Position numbers and translations under genes: made by a program
Assembly: GCA_963777955.1 (NCBI GenBank)
Contig: CAVZSQ010000021.1
Coordinates: 32,001-96,000, forward strand
Source: Calditrichia bacterium
GTDB taxonomy: Bacteria; Calditrichota; Calditrichia; JAJRVZ01
Reading direction: 5' to 3'
Length of the DNA stretch: 64,000 nt
Notes under the pieces: generated by a model
What the model saw: only the letters and a program-made list of their open reading frames with translations
Database searches by the model: none
Told to the model about the DNA's origin: nothing
Part shown: one piece after another, positions 9,769 to 18,131 of the stretch
How the letters are laid out: each line of letters opens with the position of its first letter
Position numbering within the stretch: the first letter of the stretch is position 1

Positions 9769-9860
9769 TTCCCCCTTAGCAAAGGGGGTTAGGGGGTTGT
9801 TATTTTGGATATTAGGCCCGACAACCCCCTTACACCCGCCTAGACTTCGATAAGGGGGAA
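9769..9860. repeat. Inverted pair of CCCCCTT..AAGGGGG palindromic elements
   Basis: ttcccccttagcaaagggggttagggggttgt ... acaacccccttacacccgcctagacttcgataagggggaa. Confidence 0.65.
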
Positions 9861-9887
9861 CAGATTTCTTGACCACGTGTTTAAAGC

Positions 9888-11255
9888 ATGAAAAAAAAAG
9901 TGAAAACTCAGACCGAGATTGAAACCGCGAACGAGTCCGATCTGTTCGAAACAGGATCAAAAGAGAACACTGCTGCTTATGTACCCCTGGCTGAACGGTG
10001 CCGGCCAAAAAATCTTGAAGATATAGTCGGTCATCAGAAGTATTTAAATCCTGCTTCCCCTTTATATAAACAGATTAAATCAGGTAAACTTCCCTCGCTG
10101 ATTTTATGGGGTCCCCCGGGAGTGGGTAAAACCACCCTGGCCAGGGTTCTGGCTGTCGAAACCGGTTTAAAGTTCTCGGCCCTTTCGGCGGTTACTTCTG
10201 GTAAAAAAGAGATGCAGGATATTATCTCCCGGGCCAGCCGTGATATTAAAAATGGCTCTAAAAGGCATCTGTTATTTATCGATGAGATTCACCGCTACAA
10301 TAAAGCCCAGCAGGATGGACTGTTGCACGCAGTGGAAGATGGTACCATTATTTTGATCGGCGCCACCACCGAAAATCCTTCGTTCGAAGTAATCGCGCCG
10401 CTGCTATCTCGATGTCAGGTATTCAAACTCGAAGGGCTCAATGACAATGATTTAAAAATTATTATCCGGCGTGCTATGGAACGGGATCCTATTTTAAGCA
10501 AGTCAGGATTTACCATCAGCGCTATAAACGACTTAATCAATTATGGCAGCGGGGATGCCCGGAAAACTCTCAACCTGCTGGAAAACTGTGTCCATATCCT
10601 GGCTGAAAGTAAAACCGCCAGCGATATTACCGGCGATCTGGTCAAAGAGGTAGCCCGGCAGAATGTATTGTTATATGATAAACAGGGTGATTATCATTAC
10701 GATACTATCTCCGCGTTTATCAAGAGTGTGCGCGGCAGTGATCCGGATGCCGCTGTTTATTATCTGGCCCGCATGCTGGAAGCCGGCGAAGATCCGATCT
10801 TCGTGGCCCGCCGTTTGATCGTACTGGCCTCTGAAGATATCGGCAATGCCGAACCGTATGCGCTAACCTTAGCTAATGCCGGATTTCAGGCCGTGCATGC
10901 TATCGGTATGCCGGAAGCACGGATCGTACTGGCCCAGGTTACGACCTACCTGGCTTCCTGTGCCAAGAGCAATGCCGCCTATCTGGCCATCGATGCAGCC
11001 TGGGAGGATGTCCGGCAGAATCCCACGCTGACCATACCGTTACATCTGAGAAACGCTCCGACCAAACTGATGAAGGAAATGAAATACGGCCAGGATTATA
11101 AGTATCCCCATGATCACCCCGATCATTTTATTGACGAAATCTATCTGCCTGAATCCATAAAAAATAAGATATATTATAATCCCACCGAACAGGGACGCGA
11201 AAAAACACTGAAAGAGCGGCTGGATAAACTCTGGACCAAACGACATAAGAAATAG
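9888..11255 (+). CDS. rarA: Replication-associated recombination protein A (MgsA/RarA AAA+ ATPase)
   Basis: PLAERCRP, GPPGVGKTT, FIDEIHRYNKAQQD, GATTENPSFEV, SAFIKSVRGSDPDAA, PLHLRNAPT. Confidence 0.96.
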   Translation: MKKKVKTQTEIETANESDLFETGSKENTAAYVPLAERCRPKNLEDIVGHQKYLNPASPLYKQIKSGKLPSLILWGPPGVGKTTLARVLAVETGLKFSALSAVTSGKKEMQDIISRASRDIKNGSKRHLLFIDEIHRYNKAQQDGLLHAVEDGTIILIGATTENPSFEVIAPLLSRCQVFKLEGLNDNDLKIIIRRAMERDPILSKSGFTISAINDLINYGSGDARKTLNLLENCVHILAESKTASDITGDLVKEVARQNVLLYDKQGDYHYDTISAFIKSVRGSDPDAAVYYLARMLEAGEDPIFVARRLIVLASEDIGNAEPYALTLANAGFQAVHAIGMPEARIVLAQVTTYLASCAKSNAAYLAIDAAWEDVRQNPTLTIPLHLRNAPTKLMKEMKYGQDYKYPHDHPDHFIDEIYLPESIKNKIYYNPTEQGREKTLKERLDKLWTKRHKK

Positions 11256-11328
11256 ATTAATAGAAATTGCATCTTCTATAATAATTTTTCGTAATTTGGA
11301 CAGTGCCTGCGGAAATAAGGAAAAATCT

Positions 11329-11847
11329 ATGCCATTATATCCGACTCATATCGTAAAAAATTACTTTCTGGAAAAACTTCTGGATACACGCTTGCATTTC
11401 ACCAGGGGCAAAAGTCAGATTACCAATTTTGTCAAGGGTATAAGGTCGGCAAAAAAAGTGCTGATCATCCTGCCCCGCGACCGGGCCGAGGAGGTCCACG
11501 CCAGGAAATATCTGACCGCCTTGATCCAGGTCTTCGATAAGGTTCAGGTTTCAACCCTGGATGTTTTCAGCCTGCGCAGAATTGATGTAAACTGGCTGGG
11601 CGTACCGAACGACTCCTATCTTAACCGCATCCGTGGTGAAAAATTTGATATGACTATCGATTTGAATTCTCATCATGACGTGCTCTGTACCTATTTGACC
11701 GGATTGATCCAGGCGCCGATGCGTTTGCACCTGGTTGAAGGCAGGTTCGATAAAATTTATAATCTGCATATCCGCAGTAAACTTGAAGCACCTATCGAAA
11801 AACGCTATCAAAACCTGGTCAACTACCTGGCTCACCTGCGCCATTGA
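11329..11847 (+). CDS. Hypothetical protein (resembles the GT9 N-terminal-like/DUF6913-type family)
   Basis: 172-aa ORF with SAKKVLIILP and KFDMTIDLN motifs; start placed at the ATG after taagga. Confidence 0.6.
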   Translation: MPLYPTHIVKNYFLEKLLDTRLHFTRGKSQITNFVKGIRSAKKVLIILPRDRAEEVHARKYLTALIQVFDKVQVSTLDVFSLRRIDVNWLGVPNDSYLNRIRGEKFDMTIDLNSHHDVLCTYLTGLIQAPMRLHLVEGRFDKIYNLHIRSKLEAPIEKRYQNLVNYLAHLRH

Positions 11848-11868
11848 GTTCCCTTAACCAGGCCGTTC

Positions 11869-13218
11869 ATGTGGATCATCCTTAAATACTTTTTACGTCA
11901 GTTTCTAAATTACTGGAAACATCTGCCTCTTAGAATCAAGATCGAAATTGTCATATTATTGACTGTGTTTTATATCTATGGTACGAATCAACTTGTTTTC
12001 AAATTCAGATCTTTTATTGAGCAACCCGATATCACCTCTCTGCACCTGCATATGCTTGTGCAACTGGTATTGCTGCTGCCGCTGTTAACCGGCATCCCTT
12101 TTATTTACTTCAGTCTGATACCCCGGCAGAAAAGCATTCAATTACTGCGTTTATTACCGCTCAGTTCCGGCCAGAGTGCCATGTTGTTGCTGGTTCATCT
12201 CTGGAAATATGAATTAATCTATTTAATTATTATTTTGCCGGTAGCGACAGCGGTCGGAATCACTCTCGGCTTGTGGCCATTCTTCTATCTGCTTATACTA
12301 TTATGCCTGCTACCGTCGGTCCTGTTTTTATTTTTGCATCTATTGGCGACCATTTTTTCAGCCAGATATAAGATCTTATTTATGTACCTGGGACTGGTTA
12401 TTCTCTACTATCTGTTTCTTCTGGGTATCCACCTCACCCCTTATTATCTACTTTATCAAATTGCCATTTATATTTTTCTGACTCTGATCGTCTACCGGTT
12501 TTGGTTTATTCACCGGGAAAAATGGGATATTATTCCCGACCGGTTTAGTCGCAGACCTGTTGATAAAAAACAGATGGTACCGTTCGGAACAATAAATTAT
12601 TTTACACTGGCTTCTTATGTTCCGCTGGCCATCCGGCCTGTTTTTATTAAAGAGATTCTGCTGCAGATCCGTAACAACAGGTATCTGCGCCTGAAGGTGC
12701 TGACTATAATCTTTTTCCTGCTGGGGTCCTTACTGATTCAGCAGTATGCCGCTGAGAATTTCCGGAATTTGCTGGCTTTGCTGGTTGTTGTTTTGATCTG
12801 GTGGCATTACAGTTCACAATTCAATGAAAAATATGTATTGCCTGAATCTAAATATTTCCTGAAGACCATGCCGCTGCGCTATTATCAATTCGTCCTGCCG
12901 AAATTCCTGGCTGAATTGATTTACATAATAATACTTACTTGTTTGTTATTACTCATTTTTCTTCTGCACGGGGAAGAACTACCTGCAGCATCAATAGCGG
13001 TTCTGTCCATGTTTATGGTATCTATTTTTATTTTGTTTATTACCATCATTTTTAAAACCATGTTTTATGACAATCCGCGTTTAGCCGGTTATGCTTATCA
13101 TCTCCTGATTCTGTTCAGCCTGGTGGTTTCTGTTAATTTTTATTTTGTTGGTCCGCTAATAACAATATTCCTGCTGCTATATTTTTCATACAAAAGTTAT
13201 CAAGCATTCAGTCAATGA
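11869..13218 (+). CDS. Putative ABC exporter permease (polytopic membrane protein)
   Basis: Two bundles of hydrophobic helices, IKEILLQIRN and LKTMPL motifs; directly upstream of an ABC ATPase. Confidence 0.7.
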   Translation: MWIILKYFLRQFLNYWKHLPLRIKIEIVILLTVFYIYGTNQLVFKFRSFIEQPDITSLHLHMLVQLVLLLPLLTGIPFIYFSLIPRQKSIQLLRLLPLSSGQSAMLLLVHLWKYELIYLIIILPVATAVGITLGLWPFFYLLILLCLLPSVLFLFLHLLATIFSARYKILFMYLGLVILYYLFLLGIHLTPYYLLYQIAIYIFLTLIVYRFWFIHREKWDIIPDRFSRRPVDKKQMVPFGTINYFTLASYVPLAIRPVFIKEILLQIRNNRYLRLKVLTIIFFLLGSLLIQQYAAENFRNLLALLVVVLIWWHYSSQFNEKYVLPESKYFLKTMPLRYYQFVLPKFLAELIYIIILTCLLLLIFLLHGEELPAASIAVLSMFMVSIFILFITIIFKTMFYDNPRLAGYAYHLLILFSLVVSVNFYFVGPLITIFLLLYFSYKSYQAFSQ

Positions 13219-13225
13219 GGCCAAG

Positions 13226-13961
13226 ATGATCGAGCTGAAAAGAAGTATCGGTACAATTCCCCCGGGTACTGGCGGTGGACAACATCTCCTGTGTTTTTAA
13301 AAACGGCTTGATCCACGGTTTGATCGGTCCCAACGGTGCCGGCAAGAGTACCTTATTGAAAGCAATGGTTGGCTTGATCTCCACTTATTCCGGACAGGTA
13401 TTATACGACAGCAGGCTGTTATCTGAAAATCGCCAGGCCATAAAAAAACAGTTCGGTTATGCTCCCGAGGACATTGAATTGATACCCTATTTAAGCGGAT
13501 TGGAATATTTGCAGCTGGTTGCCGATATCAGAAAGTTGGACAGGGACGCGGCCGGCCTGGCCAATCTGCTGCAATTACTGGGTCTGCAAGAGGTGCAGCA
13601 GCAGATGGTCGACGGGTATTCGCACGGTATGCGTCAAAAGTTATCCCTGGCTGCGGCATTGGTGGGATTTCCGGCCGTGTTGATTCTTGATGAAGCCTTA
13701 AACGGTCTGGACACCCTGGCCCTGATCAATGTGAAGAAGTTATTAAGGGAACTGGCCGATCAGGGGCATACGATTATTCTTTCTTCGCATATTCTGGAAC
13801 TGGTGGAGCAGTGGTGTGATGAGATTTATATTATGCTCAACGGCCGCCTGGTTGAGCAATTACATCAGCAGCAATTAACTGAAATCAGAAATAAGTATGA
13901 ACATGGCTTAAGCGACTATTTTCAGAATCTGGCCAACCGGACTTCAAGCGGAGTTAAGTAA
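13226..13961 (+). CDS. ABC transporter ATP-binding protein (extra A in a homopolymer at ~13240)
   Basis: MIELK-EVSVQF...GPNGAGKST, YSHGMRQKL signature, LILDEALNGLD, SSH switch. Confidence 0.9.
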
Positions 13962-13962
13962 C

Positions 13963-14033
13963 TTATAACCCACCCCTTTCATCCCCTCCCTTTCAGCCCG
14001 TGGGCTGAAAGGGAGGGGAAAGAGGGGAGGGTC
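13963..14033. repeat. 71-bp palindromic element, copy 1
   Basis: tcccctccctttcagccc gt gggctgaaagggagggga hairpin; 61/71 identical to the reverse complement of 15115-15185. Confidence 0.8.
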
Positions 14034-14047
14034 AATTGAAAAATCGA

Positions 14048-14090
14048 TTGACAATATTAAATTCTTAATGTATCTTCATTGTAGAAACAT
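14048..14090 (+). promoter_or_regulatory. mazEF promoter with overlapping imperfect palindromic operator
   Basis: TTGACA-17 bp-TATCTT; ATGTATCTTCA-T-TGTAGAAACAT inverted repeat (9/11) at 14068-14090. Confidence 0.6.
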
Positions 14091-14103
14091 CACAGAGGTA
14101 AAC

Positions 14104-14346
14104 ATGGAAGCAAAAGTTCAAAAATGGGGTAATAGTCTGGCCATCCGCATTCCAAAACCGTTTGCCGACGAGGCCGGACTCAGCGATGACTGCAAAGTCA
14201 CCCTATCGCTCAAAAAACATAAAATCATCATTAGTCCCATTTCCAGGAAAAAACTGCATCTTGAACAGTTTTTAGTGCAGATAACGGAACAGAATTTGCA
14301 CAGTGAAATATCTACAGGAGCTGAAACCGGTAAGGAAATATGGTAA
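14104..14346 (+). CDS. mazE: MazE/AbrB family antitoxin
   Basis: KVQKWGNSLAIRIPK...QITEQNLHSEISTGAETGKEIW. Confidence 0.95.
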   Translation: MEAKVQKWGNSLAIRIPKPFADEAGLSDDCKVTLSLKKHKIIISPISRKKLHLEQFLVQITEQNLHSEISTGAETGKEIW

Positions 14347-14681
14347 AACAGGATGCATATATTCCTGAGCGCGGGGATTTGATCTGGCTCACCTTTGATC
14401 CTCAATCAGGACATGAACAAGCCGGACGTCGCCCGGCAGTGGTGCTGTCGCCCGCTGCCTATAATAGAAAAGTCGGTCTGGCTTTGCTTTGTCCGGTCAC
14501 TCAGCAGGTAAAGGGATATCCGTTCGAAGTCGGTTTACCCCCTGATTTACAGGTAAGTGGTGTGATATTAGCCGATCAGGTAAAGAGTCTGGACTGGCGG
14601 GTAAGGAAGGCCGAATTAATCTGTTCCCTGTCCGCTGAAACCATAAACGAAGTATTGGATAAAGTACGTCTATTATTATGA
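14340..14681 (+). CDS. mazF: MazF/PemK endoribonuclease toxin
   Basis: YIPERGDLIWLTFDPQSGHEQAGRRPAVVLSP...KGYPFEV...GVILADQVKSLDW. Confidence 0.96.
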   Translation: MVKQDAYIPERGDLIWLTFDPQSGHEQAGRRPAVVLSPAAYNRKVGLALLCPVTQQVKGYPFEVGLPPDLQVSGVILADQVKSLDWRVRKAELICSLSAETINEVLDKVRLLL

Positions 14682-14698
14682 TCTCCTAAAGGAGATAC

Positions 14699-14724
14699 AA
14701 AAAAAAAGCCCTCATTCCGAGGGC
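14699..14724 (-). terminator. Intrinsic terminator overlapping the rpoZ stop (possibly bidirectional with mazF)
   Basis: GCCCTC-GGAAT-GAGGGC followed by a T9 run on the minus strand. Confidence 0.65.
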
Positions 14725-15032
14725 ATTTTATCTTTCTTAATGTCGTCATCTTCGGTCAAATACCGGAATTTCAATTTGTCGGCAAATAATTCATCCTGCG
14801 CTATCACGGTCGGATTAATTTCCCGCTCGTGTACGACCCCTTCAAAAAATTCACGGTCATATACATCCAGATCCTGATCAAAACTCGACTCGTCCAGGAT
14901 CTCCTTTTCTTTACGCTTGGCGATCCTCTCGCCGTTGATCTGCCTGGCGCGGCGGGCTATGACCAGACACGCTTCATAAATATTTTCCGCTGTCTTTTCG
15001 ATTTCATCAAGATCCAGGGTCTGTATAGCCAT
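14712..15032 (-). CDS. rpoZ: DNA-directed RNA polymerase subunit omega
   Basis: NIYEACLVIARRARQIN and NPTVIAQDELF motifs typical of Bacteroidota/Ignavibacteria-type omega; GGAGG RBS before ATG 15032. Confidence 0.85.
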   Translation of the reverse strand: MAIQTLDLDEIEKTAENIYEACLVIARRARQINGERIAKRKEKEILDESSFDQDLDVYDREFFEGVVHEREINPTVIAQDELFADKLKFRYLTEDDDIKKDKMPSE

Positions 15033-15114
15033 GCATTTCCTCCAAATATTGATAAAAGTCAATAAATATACTCTTATTATTTCCATATGTCAAATAAAAA
15101 CAGGACATTTTGCT

Positions 15115-15185
15115 GACCCACCCCAATGTCCCCTCCCTATCAGCCTATGGGCTGATAGGGAGGGGATGAAAGGGGAGGGTCATAA
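15115..15185. repeat. 71-bp palindromic element, copy 2 (inverted relative to copy 1)
   Basis: tcccctccctatcagcc tatg ggctgatagggagggga hairpin. Confidence 0.8.
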
Positions 15186-15267
15186 TTTTATTAAATTTTA
15201 GAAATATATTGCTTGAAACCTGTATCTTGTCATAAAATCTGGTCAATTATTTCCTGGTAGAACTCAG

Positions 15268-15897
15268 ATGAAAATATTATTTGTCAATTTTCTGGTTTTA
15301 GCACTGTTTATCCCTGTTTTTCTGCCTGCACAACTGGTAATCAACCTACCTGATACTATTGTAATATCTGTGAATAAACAAATAATACCTTTGACCAGGA
15401 GCCGGCTCGATAGTCTGCACCAGGAAGCCAGGAGCGGTAAAGTTCATTATAAAATCGCCGGTATCGAAGCCTCCCGGCAGCGGGCACAAATCCGCCTGGC
15501 TGTTCCCCAGGTTTTTTCCCTGCCGCAGGTCTTCGATCAAATCATCTTCTACTATTCACTGATTCCTGCTGAAGACGACCGGCTCAGAGATCAGGTTTAT
15601 GTCTACCCGTACTTTGCTGATATTGCTGAACAGCCATATATCACCTGCAGCTATCAGCCAATTGGAAAATTTTTTTTCACCGTCAAACGCTGGCCCGTGA
15701 TACCGGTCCCCCCTGCACCTGATCCACTGCAGAAAAATATCTATAACCAGATTATTAATGCGCTGCTGGACGATTATCAGATCATGGAGAATGTCAGTCC
15801 GGAAATTATCCAAAGAATTGCCCACAAGAATAAATTACAGGTCGAACAGGTGCAAAAATATTATGAGGACACCATATTATGGCAGGAGGCTCAATGA
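15268..15897 (+). CDS. Hypothetical exported protein
   Basis: 209-aa ORF with a Sec-type signal peptide (MKILFVNFLVLALFIPVFLPA); ATGA overlap with the next gene. Confidence 0.7.
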   Translation: MKILFVNFLVLALFIPVFLPAQLVINLPDTIVISVNKQIIPLTRSRLDSLHQEARSGKVHYKIAGIEASRQRAQIRLAVPQVFSLPQVFDQIIFYYSLIPAEDDRLRDQVYVYPYFADIAEQPYITCSYQPIGKFFFTVKRWPVIPVPPAPDPLQKNIYNQIINALLDDYQIMENVSPEIIQRIAHKNKLQVEQVQKYYEDTILWQEAQ

Positions 15898-18131
15898 TAC
15901 CGGGAAAATCCATAATCTGCATTTTAATCCTGATTCTGCTTGTCTGCGCCGGCTGTAAATCGGCGCCGGATAATATGCTGCCCGTCATCACATTGACCGA
16001 TGCGGTTAACCATCAATTCACCTACACCAATAAAATATCCGCTTTCTATCTGGCTAATAGCCATACAACGCCGAAAGCTTATTTCGATGGCTGGACCGTT
16101 AATGAGCACCATTATCTGCAGGATTACCGGTTATTACTCGATACGCTTCCGCTTTTCAGGGATTCAATAAAAGTATTTAACTACTACCCGGACCACTGTC
16201 AACGGGTATATAGTTCCGGTTTAACCGAAACTTTTACCATGCTGGACTCGATCAATGCCCTGATCTGGGAACTGGAGTGGAATGGACCCATAGAAAAAAT
16301 TGTTTTTAATCCGCTCCTGCCCCCGCCGGCAAATGAACGTTCCCTGGTTCTTGCCAATACCAATCCACAGTTACTATTCTCGCCGGCCGATCTGTTTGGG
16401 GCTGATACTGATCCCGGTTTGTTATGGCTGGAATTCAACTGGAAAATGCTGGATCAACATCGTCTGCTCATCCTGGCTGTGCTGGCAGAAAATCAATCTG
16501 CCGCGCAAAAGCTGAGTACCGACCTGTCCAAAAATTATAAAAGCCTGCGACAGCAGCGTTGCGATCGCATGCTGAAATTCGTACAGACCAATGCTCTGAC
16601 CACCAATATCCAGGAAATCAATGATGCTGTAATCTGGGCACAACTGTCTGCCGATGCCCTGGTCACACGACAACGCGGTGAAGGCATCTGGGCCGGACTC
16701 CCCTGGTTTAACAACTACTGGGGCAGGGATACATTTATTTCCTTCAGGGGCACATTACTGCAGGCCGGCCAATTTCAGCAGGCGAAAAAAATCCTGGAAA
16801 ATTTTGTCGGTCATCAGCAGACGGATGAAAACAATCCATTATTGGGACGTATCCCCAACCGCATTACCAACAAAGAGATCATCTATAATACCGCCGACGG
16901 AACCTGGTGGTTCGTACGTGCGGCTTATGAATATTTGTTGTTCAGCGGCGACCAGGATTTTGCTGTTTTTATTTTACCGGTAATAAAACGAGCCATCGCC
17001 GGTGCTCTAAAATATAAAGTTGATCCGTACTTCTTCGTCACCCATGCCGATGCCGAAACCTGGATGGACGCCCAGTATGAAAAAGGCGCCTGGTCGCCGC
17101 GCGGAAACCGGGCCGTGGAGATCCAGGCGCTGTGGTATACCGCCCTGCAATGCGCTGCCCGGATTGCGCTGCTCAACCAGCAAACCAATCTGGCTGAATA
17201 CTGGTTATCCATCGCCAGCTACCCTCAAAAATAATTTCATTGAGTGGTATTACAGCCCGGTAAAAGGTCAACTTTATGACCATCTGAATAGCGATGACAG
17301 CAAGGACAGGCAGATCCGGCCCAATCAGATTTTTGGCTGTTACCGCACCTGATTTACCGGGTATCGAACCTCTGCTGCCGCCCGAGTATCAGATCCGCAT
17401 CAGCAATGCTGTGCTGCAAAAATTAACCTATCGTTACGGGGTGGCCTCGCTGTGGCAGGAAGAGGATGATTTTCACCCCTGGCATCATTATGAATCTTTG
17501 TATCCGCAGGATGCAGCTTATCATAACGGCGTGGTCTGGACCTGGCTGGCCGGACCGGTCATCAATAGTCTGACCAGGTTCCATCAGCAGGACCTGGCTT
17601 ATCCGCTTATTCTTTAATGAGACCAATCAGATTCTGCAGTGGGATGCCATCGGTAATTTCAGTGAATTACTGGATGCTATACCGCGTCCGGGTGAGCAGG
17701 AACCGCGAATTTCCGGAACCGTATCGCAGGCCTGGAGCCTGGCCGGCTATATCGACAATTTTTACCGGGATTTCGTCGGCTACCGGCCGGATGCCCTGCA
17801 TTCGACAATCTATTTTGAACCGCATATTCCCTATGAATTGAATGCCATCCGGGTATATCTTCCTTATAAAAATCAGTTCCTGCAGTTTATCTATCAGGAA
17901 CTTGAAGATCGCTTCACTCTGCGGATTGAATGTTCCGGTCTGCGGGAAAGAATCAGCATATCGCTGAATTTCCCCGGATATGATCCATTAAAATTTTCTC
18001 TGACACAGGAGACACCCGCATTCACCAGGGAATTCGCTAAAGATGAACGGTTTGTATATCAACCTGAAAATGATCTGGAATGGTACTTTGCCCAGCCGGA
18101 ATTACGGGAAGGATTGAAATCTCTACGCTAG
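15894..18131 (+). CDS. Amylo-alpha-1,6-glucosidase / glycogen debranching enzyme family lipoprotein (apparent frameshifts at ~17222, ~17335, ~17610)
   Basis: Lipobox-like LVCAGC; AGLPWFNNYWGRDTFIS, YNTADGTWW, ETWMDA, PRGNRAVEIQALW, IRPNQIF, AYHNGVVWTWL and QAWS motifs across four successive frames. Confidence 0.85.
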
